From: a virus
Taxonomy: Duplodnaviria; Caudoviricetes
Length of the DNA stretch: 64,000 nucleotides
Direction: 5' to 3' (one strand)
Virus record (IMG/VR): IMGVR_UViG_2756170314_000001
Coordinates: 20,614 to 84,613 of that record
Positions 47,985-56,838 of this stretch are shown here, in pieces (the stretch's first letter is position 1; each line of letters starts with the position of its first letter). The translations under genes and the position numbers were made by a program. Under the pieces are notes generated by a model. That model ran no database searches, had not been told where the DNA came from, and saw only the letters and a list, made by a program, of their open reading frames with translations.

Positions 47985-48926
47985 ATGTTTGGTTATATCT
48001 ATAAAGTTACAAATATGGTAAATGATAAAATCTATATTGGCAAAAAACACTCAGCAGTATTTTTAAATGATTATTATGGAAGTGGCCTTCTAATAAATCG
48101 AGCTATTGATAAGTATGGGTTAGAAAATTTTAAATTAGAAATGATCGATACTGCAGATTCTCTCGAAGAATTAAATGAAAAAGAAAAATTCTATATAAAA
48201 AAATATGATTCATTCTATAAAACTTCCAGAGGATATAATATTGCTTCTGGTGGTGATGGTGGTAATTTAATCGCCGGCTGGAGTGAAGAGAGATACAACA
48301 AGTATATTGAACTAAAAAGAATAAATAACACTGGTGAGAAAAACCCGAATTACGGTAACGGAGAAAAAATTTCTGGAGATAAAAATCCTTCTAAAAGAAA
48401 AGATGTAAGAAAAAAATTAAAAGTATTACTAAGTGGTGTAAATAATCCAATGTATGGAAGAAGGAGAGATCTTCATCCACTATATGGAAAACACCATTCA
48501 GAAGAGACAATAAACAAAATCAGTGAAGCTCTTTCTGGTGAAAACAATCCAAATTACGGAAAGCACCATTCAGAAGAAACAAAGAGAAAAATATCCGAAG
48601 GAAATAAAGGAAAAGTTGTATCTGAAGAAACAAGAAGAAAAATGTCAGAATCTAAAAAGAGCTTATCCGTTGAAGCTCGCAAAAATATTAGCGAGGCTGC
48701 TAAGAAAAGAAGATACAAACTAATATGTGGAATTTGTGAGAAAGAATTTGAAGGAAAAATTCATAATGTAACAAAATGCCCAGAATGCAGATTAATTAAA
48801 CCTAAATCAAAATTTAAAATGCCAAATAGAGAATACCATTGTAAATGTAAAACATGTGGCTCCGATTTTATCGGAAGATCAAGCAGAAGTTTTTATTGTA
48901 GTGATAAATGTAGAAAACGTAAATAA
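47985..48926 (+). CDS. GIY-YIG homing endonuclease with NUMOD3 repeats and C-terminal Zn fingers
   Basis: GYIY...IYIG, GYN, HHSEETKRKISE repeats, CxxC pairs. Confidence 0.92.
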   Translation: MFGYIYKVTNMVNDKIYIGKKHSAVFLNDYYGSGLLINRAIDKYGLENFKLEMIDTADSLEELNEKEKFYIKKYDSFYKTSRGYNIASGGDGGNLIAGWSEERYNKYIELKRINNTGEKNPNYGNGEKISGDKNPSKRKDVRKKLKVLLSGVNNPMYGRRRDLHPLYGKHHSEETINKISEALSGENNPNYGKHHSEETKRKISEGNKGKVVSEETRRKMSESKKSLSVEARKNISEAAKKRRYKLICGICEKEFEGKIHNVTKCPECRLIKPKSKFKMPNREYHCKCKTCGSDFIGRSSRSFYCSDKCRKRK

Positions 48927-49138
48927 GACAATACCGAGGTAAGTTAAAGTTTAAAAGCTTTAGCCACCGTAGAGCGTAGGAATTGAACCTATGCTTTTTT
49001 ATTGCCAAAAAAGCATAGAATATAATATTCCCAAGAGTGTCCGATACCTGACCGAGTAAAGTCGAAGGTAAAAATGTACGCCGAACTTACTGGTGACAGT
49101 AAGAAGTTAGGATAAAAAGCCTAACGATAACAATATTG

Positions 49139-50242
49139 CGTAAGGCCAACGTTTTCGTAGCAGACGAAGTTGGAGCATTAAGAAACCGTTACCCTATTGA
49201 TGCCATGCAATCTTCTCAAATGAACATGGTAAACCGTACCGGAATTCTTATTAGTACAGCCTATGAATCATTAAACAATCCTATGACTGAAGAAGTTGAA
49301 TACGCTCAAAAAGTTCTGGATGATTTAATTGATGATCCCACTCTTTTCGCCCTCCTTTATAAACCTGATGATCCTAAAGACTGGCTATCTGACAAATCCC
49401 TCATTGAAGCAAATCCACTTGCTGAAGTTCTCGAAGATAACTTGGAATATTTAAAAAAGCAACGTAGAACTGCTTTAGATATGCCAAGTTCAAAAAAGAA
49501 CTTCTTAACAAAGCATATGAATATTTTCGTTGATGGTGATGACTCAGAGGTTTATATCCCTTCAGATGAACTAAAGAAGAATATGATTACTACATATGAT
49601 TGGACAGGTCGAGAAGTGTTTGTTGGTGTTGACTTATCTCAAACTACTGATAATACAGCTGTTTCAATGGTTACTTATGATCATGATAAAGATGAATATG
49701 TTGCTCAGTCCTGGGCTTTTATTCCGGAAGATAGTGCGGAAAATAAGTCCAAAGTTGAGAAGGTTGATTACTTTACCATGAGAGATAATGGTTATTGCTA
49801 TTTCTGTGGTGATAAAGTTATCAGCCATAGGTTCGTTGAAAACTTTGTCTTGGATCTCGAAAAGAAATATGGAGTAATCATTAAAGGCATCGGTTATGAC
49901 CGGTGGAACTGCGTTGCTTCAGCTAACCGATGGTACGAAGAAGGATATGACACGATCGAAATAAAGCAGCATTCTTCTGTCTTGCACCCTGCTACTAAAC
50001 TTGTAAAAGAACGTGTTTTGAAAGGCAGCTTTAAGTATCTACAAAACAGACTGCTGGAAATCAACTTTTCAAATGCTCGTGAGGTTAAGGATTCCAACCT
50101 CAATACTTACGTTAATAAGAAAAAATCCACAGGAAAAGTTGATATGGTTATCTCAATATTAAACGCTATGGCCCTATGGAATAAAGAAGTTGAAGAAAAT
50201 TTAACCTCCAACTTTGAAGAAAGGGAACTAATTATTCTCTAA
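49139..50242 (+). CDS. terL: Terminase large subunit, exon 2
   Basis: FVADEVG Walker B, ISTA, GVDLSQTTD, KVD nuclease motifs. Confidence 0.9.
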   Translation, partial: RKANVFVADEVGALRNRYPIDAMQSSQMNMVNRTGILISTAYESLNNPMTEEVEYAQKVLDDLIDDPTLFALLYKPDDPKDWLSDKSLIEANPLAEVLEDNLEYLKKQRRTALDMPSSKKNFLTKHMNIFVDGDDSEVYIPSDELKKNMITTYDWTGREVFVGVDLSQTTDNTAVSMVTYDHDKDEYVAQSWAFIPEDSAENKSKVEKVDYFTMRDNGYCYFCGDKVISHRFVENFVLDLEKKYGVIIKGIGYDRWNCVASANRWYEEGYDTIEIKQHSSVLHPATKLVKERVLKGSFKYLQNRLLEINFSNAREVKDSNLNTYVNKKKSTGKVDMVISILNAMALWNKEVEENLTSNFEERELIIL

Positions 50243-50264
50243 GAAAGGAGGATAACCAACCTAA

Positions 50265-51644
50265 ATGGGGATTTTTTCGAGAAAAAATAAGCAGAAAGAA
50301 GACCGTTCCATGCAATATTCCTACGGTGGTGGATATTCTATTACTTCTTACTTTGGTGATGGTGGTCCAATAACAGAAGAAGAAGCTATGAGAATCCCCA
50401 CTGTTGTTTCGGCTCTTGAGCTTATTACATCATCAATAGCATCATTGCCAATCTACTTATATAAAGAAGATCGCAAAGGTGCAGTAATTAAAATTCCTGA
50501 TAACCGTGTTTCTCTTTTAAATGATGAACCAAATGATTTGATAAACGGCTATAACATGAAAAAGAGAATGGTTAAGGACTATTTACTGTATGGAGCTAGC
50601 TACATCAAGATCGAAAAAATTCGGAATGAGGTTACTAACTTCTATCCCTTGCCCATCAAATATATTTCAGTGACAACTTATAGTCAGGGATATAAAAAAT
50701 GGGCTACGATCAATTATTTTTATAACAACAAAACTGGAACTTATGAATTTACTCCGGATGAATTGATTATTCTTACAAGAGACAGTGAAGATGGAGTTAC
50801 CTCATCAGGAATCCTCCAGAATAATAGTAAGCTTCTTAGACTTGCCCTTGATGAAATCGAATACTCAAATGGAATCTTAAAAAACGGGGCCCTTCCTATA
50901 GGTGTTTTAAAAGCTACATCAAGATTAAGCCAAAAAGCAATTGATAACCTGCGATCTTCTTGGGAAAACCTCTATAGTGGACCAAAGAAAGCTGGTAAAA
51001 CAATTATTTTGGAAGAAGGATTAGATTACAATCCAATTTCAATGAAACCAAGTGAAATGGATTTAACTAATTCTAAGAAAAACACGGTCTCAGAAATTGC
51101 TAGAGTCTTCAATATTCCAGAGTCCATGTTAAATTCCTCGGCCAATAAGTATGCTTCAAATGAACAAAATAACCTCTATTTTCTTCAATACTGTGTTGGC
51201 CCGATCATTTCTGCGATTGAATCTGCTCTAAATAAATCTCTCCTATTAGAAACAGAAAAAGAACAAGGTTATTATTTTAGATTTGATGTTTCTGAATTGC
51301 TCAGAACAACAGAAAAAGAAAAAATCGATGCCACTGTTTCTGCTGTAAAAGGAGGATTAATCTCTCTTAACGAAGGTCGTTCAAGAATTGACATGCCTGA
51401 AATTAAAGATGATTTCTTTATGTGGGGTCTGGGTCAAATTTTCTATAATCCCAAAACCGGAAAAATGACTATTCCAAACATGGGAGAAACGATTGATCCT
51501 AACAATCCACAACCTTCCGCACAAAATCAGAATCACCCCCCTACTCCATCTAATCTTGATCCAAATAAACCTCCAATTGAAAATGAACAAACTTCTGAAG
51601 ATAAAGATGATTCAAAGATAAAAGATGAGCCAGTAGATCAATAG
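50265..51644 (+). CDS. HK97-family portal protein
   Basis: IASLP, ILEEGLDY, EIARVFNIP. Confidence 0.93.
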   Translation: MGIFSRKNKQKEDRSMQYSYGGGYSITSYFGDGGPITEEEAMRIPTVVSALELITSSIASLPIYLYKEDRKGAVIKIPDNRVSLLNDEPNDLINGYNMKKRMVKDYLLYGASYIKIEKIRNEVTNFYPLPIKYISVTTYSQGYKKWATINYFYNNKTGTYEFTPDELIILTRDSEDGVTSSGILQNNSKLLRLALDEIEYSNGILKNGALPIGVLKATSRLSQKAIDNLRSSWENLYSGPKKAGKTIILEEGLDYNPISMKPSEMDLTNSKKNTVSEIARVFNIPESMLNSSANKYASNEQNNLYFLQYCVGPIISAIESALNKSLLLETEKEQGYYFRFDVSELLRTTEKEKIDATVSAVKGGLISLNEGRSRIDMPEIKDDFFMWGLGQIFYNPKTGKMTIPNMGETIDPNNPQPSAQNQNHPPTPSNLDPNKPPIENEQTSEDKDDSKIKDEPVDQ

Positions 51645-51685
51645 ATTTATTGGCTTTTATTTTTTCAAGGAGGTGTAACTAACTT

Positions 51686-52627
51686 ATGAAATTTGAGCTT
51701 TTATCCCGTAAGGTCGAGCTTCGAGCCAATAACGATAATGATTCAATGACTGTTTCTGGTTACGTCAATAAAACAGGAGAGTTAAGCGAAGTACTGGGTT
51801 CTGGAAAGAAGTTTGTTGAGAAAATTGCACCGGGTGCATTTACTCGAGCTCTATCACGAAACCCCGACAATATTGACTTCCTTGCTGAACATAACAGCAA
51901 ACATATTCTAGCTTCTACACGAAACGGTTCCCTTCGATTATTTGAAGACAGCACCGGTTTATATATGGAAGCAACAATCTCTCCTACTACATGGGGACAT
52001 GATTATTACCAATTGATAGACGATAAAATCCTTCGGAATATGTCATTTGGATTTAGAACCTTAGATGATTCATGGGATGTTCGCGATGATGGTATTTACG
52101 AACGGACCATTAATGATCTTGAATTACTTGAAGTTTCCGTTGTACGAGACCCGGCCTACTCACAATCTACAATCTCAGCCAGAGGAATTGATGTAATTGA
52201 AGACATTGAAATTCCAACGAACTTAGAAGAAGGAGAGCAAAGAAATATGGATGAAATCAAAGAGCTCTTTGAAGGATTAGAAGAACGTTTATTAACTTCT
52301 CTTAAAGAATCAATCAATGAAATTCGTTCAGAACAAAAAGAGTTCATTGAACAAGCTACGGCTGAATTAAGAGAAAAAGTGAACGAACAAGATCCTGAAA
52401 AGGCTGCCGAAAATTCAGGCGAACAAACAGAAGTTAAAGATAATGACTCCGAACAAGATGAACCTGAAACAAAAGAAAAGTCTGAAAATGTTGATGAAAC
52501 GAAACCAAATGAAAAAGATCCTAAAGAAGATAAATCTGATGAAGATCCTGATAAAGAGAAAAAACGTTCATTAGTCTCTGAAGAATTGTCAGAATTGCGA
52601 AATAAATTAACTGGACTATCAAATTAA
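51686..52627 (+). CDS. HK97-family prohead protease with acidic C-terminal extension
   Basis: FVEKIAPGAF, MSFGF, EVSVV.DPAY. Confidence 0.92.
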   Translation: MKFELLSRKVELRANNDNDSMTVSGYVNKTGELSEVLGSGKKFVEKIAPGAFTRALSRNPDNIDFLAEHNSKHILASTRNGSLRLFEDSTGLYMEATISPTTWGHDYYQLIDDKILRNMSFGFRTLDDSWDVRDDGIYERTINDLELLEVSVVRDPAYSQSTISARGIDVIEDIEIPTNLEEGEQRNMDEIKELFEGLEERLLTSLKESINEIRSEQKEFIEQATAELREKVNEQDPEKAAENSGEQTEVKDNDSEQDEPETKEKSENVDETKPNEKDPKEDKSDEDPDKEKKRSLVSEELSELRNKLTGLSN

Positions 52628-52647
52628 TCAGGAGGTTTCTTATAAAT

Positions 52648-53796
52648 ATGAATTTGAAAGCGCTTAAAGAAAAACGAAATGCCCTGTTAGATGAAGCAGA
52701 TGAACTACTAAAAAATGCTGAAAAAGAAGTTCGCTCATTATCAGCAGACGAAAAATCAAAATTTGATGAATTGACTGCTGATGTTACTGATTTAAACAAC
52801 CAAATTTCCGAATTAGAAAGTCGCCAGAAAGATGGCGAGAAAAATGAAAAAACAATGGAGGAACGTAAAGTGGATAATAAAGAAAAAGAACTCCGCGGTA
52901 TTGAACAGTATCTCCGTCGCCAAGATGGTGAAGAAGTTCGTGCTCTTCAAACAACTTCTCAAGGTGGAGCCGTAATCCCTGAGAATGTTGAAGGAACAAT
53001 TGTACTTAAAATGGAAGAAACTTCACCGGTATTTGCTCGAGCAACTAAATTCCCATCTGTCGCTGGAACATTGAAAATTGCTAAGGAATCCCTTAACTCT
53101 GTTGCAGGATTTGTTGGTGAAGGTGAAGATGTATCCGAACTTCAAATCTCTTTTGATGAAGTTAAGCTTGCACAAAAACGTGTTGGTGCAGCAATCAGCC
53201 TATCTAATCAGCTGATTAATGATGCAGCTGTTAACATTGTTGATTACTCTCTTAACCTTCTCGGTCGTCGGGTCGGTAAAGCAGTTGAAAAATCAATTCT
53301 TGTGGGTGCAGGTGGAGAAGAATTCTCTGGTATCGTTAACGATGCTGAAGTTCAAAAAATCCCTGTCTCCGGCGCAGTTACTATTGATAACTTAATGGAC
53401 CTCTATAACTCTATTCATCCTGAATTCCTAGCTTCATCTTCTTTCATTATGCAACGTGGTTTCTTCAACCAAATCGCTAAGATGAAAGATTCTATGGGCC
53501 ATTACTACATGCAAAACGGTGTCGTTAACGGTAAATTAACCTATACCCTTTTCGGTGCCGAAGTCATTGTAACTGATCAACTTCCTGATGGAACTCCTGC
53601 GATCTTTGGTTCTGTTCAAGATGCTTATGCAGTATTGGTTAAGAAAGGATTCGCTCTTCAACACGTCACAGGTGATACAACACAAGCTATCCGTGGTTCT
53701 CAATTACTTGTTCTCGATGGTTACATGGATGGTGCAGTCTACAACCCACAAGCTATCTCTGTGTTAAAAGTTGATACTGCGACTACTTCTGCTTAA
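52648..53796 (+). CDS. HK97-fold major capsid protein
   Basis: N-terminal coiled-coil delta domain, GGAVIP, VGEG. Confidence 0.93.
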   Translation: MNLKALKEKRNALLDEADELLKNAEKEVRSLSADEKSKFDELTADVTDLNNQISELESRQKDGEKNEKTMEERKVDNKEKELRGIEQYLRRQDGEEVRALQTTSQGGAVIPENVEGTIVLKMEETSPVFARATKFPSVAGTLKIAKESLNSVAGFVGEGEDVSELQISFDEVKLAQKRVGAAISLSNQLINDAAVNIVDYSLNLLGRRVGKAVEKSILVGAGGEEFSGIVNDAEVQKIPVSGAVTIDNLMDLYNSIHPEFLASSSFIMQRGFFNQIAKMKDSMGHYYMQNGVVNGKLTYTLFGAEVIVTDQLPDGTPAIFGSVQDAYAVLVKKGFALQHVTGDTTQAIRGSQLLVLDGYMDGAVYNPQAISVLKVDTATTSA

Positions 53797-53829
53797 TCAT
53801 GTGAAAAACTTCACAATATATAGGTGATT

Positions 53830-53853
53830 AGGAGCTCTTCGGAGCTTCTTTTC
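53830..53853 (+). terminator. Terminator after capsid gene
   Basis: GGAGCTC-TTCG-GAGCTTC-TTTT. Confidence 0.75.
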
Positions 53854-53899
53854 ATTTATAAAATACTGATTTTATACATAACCAAAGGAGGTAATCCAT

Positions 53900-54115
53900 A
53901 TGCCAAAAGTTAAATTCCTACAATCTGCTTATCTTCCTTCTCATAAAACAGTCTTTAACCATAACGAAGTTGTTGAGATTGAGAATAAAGATTTGGCCAA
54001 GAGCCTTGTAAAGAATGGCCATGCAGAGGAAGTTAAAGAAACGAAAAAAGGCAAAAAAGAACCCAAAGTTATAGAAAAACCTGATGAATCACAGGTAGAT
54101 AACAATGTTGAGTAA
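53900..54115 (+). CDS. Small head-associated protein
   Basis: Position; AKSLVKNGHAE. Confidence 0.7.
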   Translation: MPKVKFLQSAYLPSHKTVFNHNEVVEIENKDLAKSLVKNGHAEEVKETKKGKKEPKVIEKPDESQVDNNVE

Positions 54116-54437
54116 TGTAAAAATCACTGAGTTAGACCTCGCCTTTGTAAAGAATTATCTCAAAGTCGATCATGACGCAGATGATGCTTTAATTTCGATG
54201 ATGATTATTTCTGCACAGAATTATATTCAAACTTACCTCAATAAAAAGTTTGATGAATTCGATCCCCTTCCAGCTGAATTCACTATCGCAGCACTTAGCC
54301 TTATCTCCCAATGGTATGAACATAGAGAAATTCAGACTGCATCAATTTCATCTAAAAGTGAACTCTCATATGTATTTTCTGGTCTTCTTGACGTTTATAG
54401 AAATTGGAATGATGAATCATACGAGGTTGATGCTTAA
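54105..54437 (+). CDS. Head-tail connector (gp6-like)
   Basis: VKNYLKVDHDADD, WYEHR. Confidence 0.88.
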   Translation: MLSNVKITELDLAFVKNYLKVDHDADDALISMMIISAQNYIQTYLNKKFDEFDPLPAEFTIAALSLISQWYEHREIQTASISSKSELSYVFSGLLDVYRNWNDESYEVDA

Positions 54438-54775
54438 TGCCTTCTAAACGCCCCGATATTAGTGAATTAAATAAAAGAATAACCTTTTTAAAACAAACTC
54501 AAGGAAAAGATTCTTATGGGGCTCCAACTATGGTTTACAAGGAAGTTACATCATGTTGGGCCAGTGTTGAATCACAACAGCTGAAAGAATTCATAACTAC
54601 TTACGGGACAGAACTTCAAAATATTATCACCTTCTTAATTCGGTCAAAACAAAGGGTCCCTATTACAGACGATATGATGATCTCTTTTCAAGGTCAAAAA
54701 TACAAAATCGTTGAGATCCAGCCAGATCTAAAAAGTTCTATGTATGACTTAATCGTTGCAAAGGCGGTGTCTTAA
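54437..54775 (+). CDS. Head closure protein
   Basis: LNKRITF, CWA, synteny. Confidence 0.85.
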   Translation: MPSKRPDISELNKRITFLKQTQGKDSYGAPTMVYKEVTSCWASVESQQLKEFITTYGTELQNIITFLIRSKQRVPITDDMMISFQGQKYKIVEIQPDLKSSMYDLIVAKAVS

Positions 54776-55155
54776 TGGGACTAGATATTGATACGTCAGG
54801 AATTGAATTAGCTTTGAAACAAATGGCTGGACGTGAAACCAAAGTTCGAAATCGAGCATTAAAAGCAGCTGCGCATGTTGTTGCAGAAAAATTAGAAGAC
54901 AATACTCCAGTTTGGCCGGTAGATAAGCACAAACACTTGAAAGACGATGTAGTAATTTCCGGTGTTGATGCATTTGGCCAAATCAAAGTTGGATATAGCA
55001 AAGAAACTGAATGGAGAGCAAAGTTCGTTGAATTTGGAACAATGGGTGGATCAAGAATTGCTCCACAAGGTTTTATTCAACGGACTGAAGAAGAGTCTCG
55101 TTCAGAAGCCATGTCAGTTATGACAGACGAGCTCAAGAAAGGATTGGGATTGTGA
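54775..55155 (+). CDS. HK97 gp10-family tail component
   Basis: AKFVEFGT...PQGFI. Confidence 0.85.
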   Translation: MGLDIDTSGIELALKQMAGRETKVRNRALKAAAHVVAEKLEDNTPVWPVDKHKHLKDDVVISGVDAFGQIKVGYSKETEWRAKFVEFGTMGGSRIAPQGFIQRTEEESRSEAMSVMTDELKKGLGL

Positions 55156-55556
55156 GTTTATCAGTAAAAACAGTATATGACTTGCTGATGAATGATCAAG
55201 AAATTGGAAATCTCATGAACAAAGATATGATATTTTCAATCAACGTTCCTGAAGACTTTCAAAAAGTCGAAAATGCTCCGATTATTTGCATCACTCAAAT
55301 AAGTGATTTCCAAAGTAGATTTGTTAGCAATAAAGCATTTTCTTCTGAAATTAGTGTTCAAATTACAGTTTGGGCTGCAGATCTAGCAAAAATCGATCAA
55401 TTTAAAACTCGTTTAGACACTTTAATGGGTGAAAATAATTGGTCGCAATACACAGGAATGTTAGACAGAGATCCAACCATTGATTTGTTTATGTTAGCAA
55501 GACGTTATCGAACAACTGAAATATTAAACGATTTGAGCCTTCTCAAACATGAGTAG
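55152..55556 (+). CDS. Tail terminator/completion protein
   Basis: Synteny, VQITVW. Confidence 0.75.
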   Translation: MSLSVKTVYDLLMNDQEIGNLMNKDMIFSINVPEDFQKVENAPIICITQISDFQSRFVSNKAFSSEISVQITVWAADLAKIDQFKTRLDTLMGENNWSQYTGMLDRDPTIDLFMLARRYRTTEILNDLSLLKHE

Positions 55557-55586
55557 GCTTATTTTTTTTAAGGGAGGAAATCATTA

Positions 55587-56237
55587 GTGGCAACATTAGG
55601 TTTTGAAGAAGTCCAAATTGCTATTCTTAATGATCAAGAACAGGTAGTAAAAGTTCATAAAATTAACGCCCAAGTCGGTGGTGCTGTTGAAGCTAAAATT
55701 TCAGGTTTGGCTCCAACGACTAATACAGTCTATGCTTCCAACGTTCCATTCTATGTTTCTGCTGTCGGTGTTTCTAACCCTAAATTAGAACTTAATACAG
55801 CTGATTTAACAGAAGAAATGATCGCAGACATCTCTGGAGCTAAGACAAATGAAAATGGAATTACAACTCTTGGTGCTGATACAGTTGCCCCTTATTGTGC
55901 CGTAATTATGAAAACAAAAGGCCTGGCCAATGATGACATTTATATTGCCCTTGCAAAAGGTAAATTCGGTCACCCTGATGGATTCGATCTTAAAACAGGT
56001 GAGGACAAAGGACAAGAAGCTGATACAACCGATGGTGCTTTGACTGGTGAATTTGTTGCTCGCCATTCTGACGGTATTGTTTATGCTAAAGGCCGTACAA
56101 GCACTCAAGGCTTCACTGTGTCTGCATTTACTCAATTGCTCTTCCCCGGCTGGAATGGAACAACAGCTGAAGGTCAAACTTCAACTAACACTTCAACAAC
56201 AACCCCTACTGAAACTTCTGATACTACTACTGCCTAA
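55587..56237 (+). CDS. Major tail protein
   Basis: VYASN, LAKGKF, synteny; followed by terminator. Confidence 0.88.
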   Translation: MATLGFEEVQIAILNDQEQVVKVHKINAQVGGAVEAKISGLAPTTNTVYASNVPFYVSAVGVSNPKLELNTADLTEEMIADISGAKTNENGITTLGADTVAPYCAVIMKTKGLANDDIYIALAKGKFGHPDGFDLKTGEDKGQEADTTDGALTGEFVARHSDGIVYAKGRTSTQGFTVSAFTQLLFPGWNGTTAEGQTSTNTSTTTPTETSDTTTA

Positions 56238-56314
56238 TCACAAATAAGCTAGATGCCTTTGGCATCTAGTTTTTTATTTACATACCAAATAAACAAAGGA
56301 GAGAAATTTTCACG

Positions 56315-56641
56315 ATGCTAAAAATTGAATTATATAACCCTGAACTAGACAAAGTTGAAACATTCACTGAAGGATTTGTCTCAGCCCGAGCATTACGTCG
56401 GGTAATCGAATTCGGAGTCAAGCAAGAAACAGAAGTTATGAATGAGCTTGAACAATTAGACGAATTGGTTGCTCTTGTCGCAAGCCTATTTAGAAGTGAA
56501 AAAGTCAATTTCGACACTATCTATGATGGTATTGCCTCTGACAAAATCGCCGAAGTTTTATCTGGAATCCTCCAAGATGTACTGGGTGGAGAAGCTAAAA
56601 AAAAGAAGGCACAGATGGAACTAGCGAAAGTGACGGAATAA
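56315..56641 (+). CDS. Tail assembly chaperone gpG
   Basis: Position before tape measure; slippery A-run. Confidence 0.85.
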   Translation: MLKIELYNPELDKVETFTEGFVSARALRRVIEFGVKQETEVMNELEQLDELVALVASLFRSEKVNFDTIYDGIASDKIAEVLSGILQDVLGGEAKKKKAQMELAKVTE

Positions 56642-56817
56642 AGTCATACCAAGATTACCTGGATAACCTCGATCAGATTTACAAAGATTTGATCGAGGCC
56701 GGTTGGTCTTATAAGGATATTGAAGAAATGGACATAAATGGCTTCTTACGCTTAATGGGAGACAAAAAGAAGAAAACAAAAACTGACGATATTGAAGAGT
56801 TCTTCAAATCGATTTAA
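56599..56817 (+). CDS. gpGT extension via -1 frameshift
   Basis: A AAA AAG at 56599-56605; -1 frame open to TAA 56817 with GWSYKDIEEM. Confidence 0.8.
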   Translation, partial: KKEGTDGTSESDGIKSYQDYLDNLDQIYKDLIEAGWSYKDIEEMDINGFLRLMGDKKKKTKTDDIEEFFKSI

Positions 56818-56838
56818 TGAAGTCATGGAGGTGGAGCG

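Larger units (their letters stand above)
47848..49138 (+). mobile_element. Group I intron in terL with homing endonuclease
   Basis: P1 GACGGU/GCCGUC, P3, P4, P7 pairings, terminal G; splicing restores frame. Confidence 0.88.

Noticed and set aside
48898-48923. Antisense SigN promoter at the end of the endonuclease gene
   Set aside because: TTTACG present but no GATAWA at the 14-nt spacing
49136-49138. TTG start for a separate terminase gene
   Set aside because: No RBS; these are the last intron bases and the ORF is exon 2
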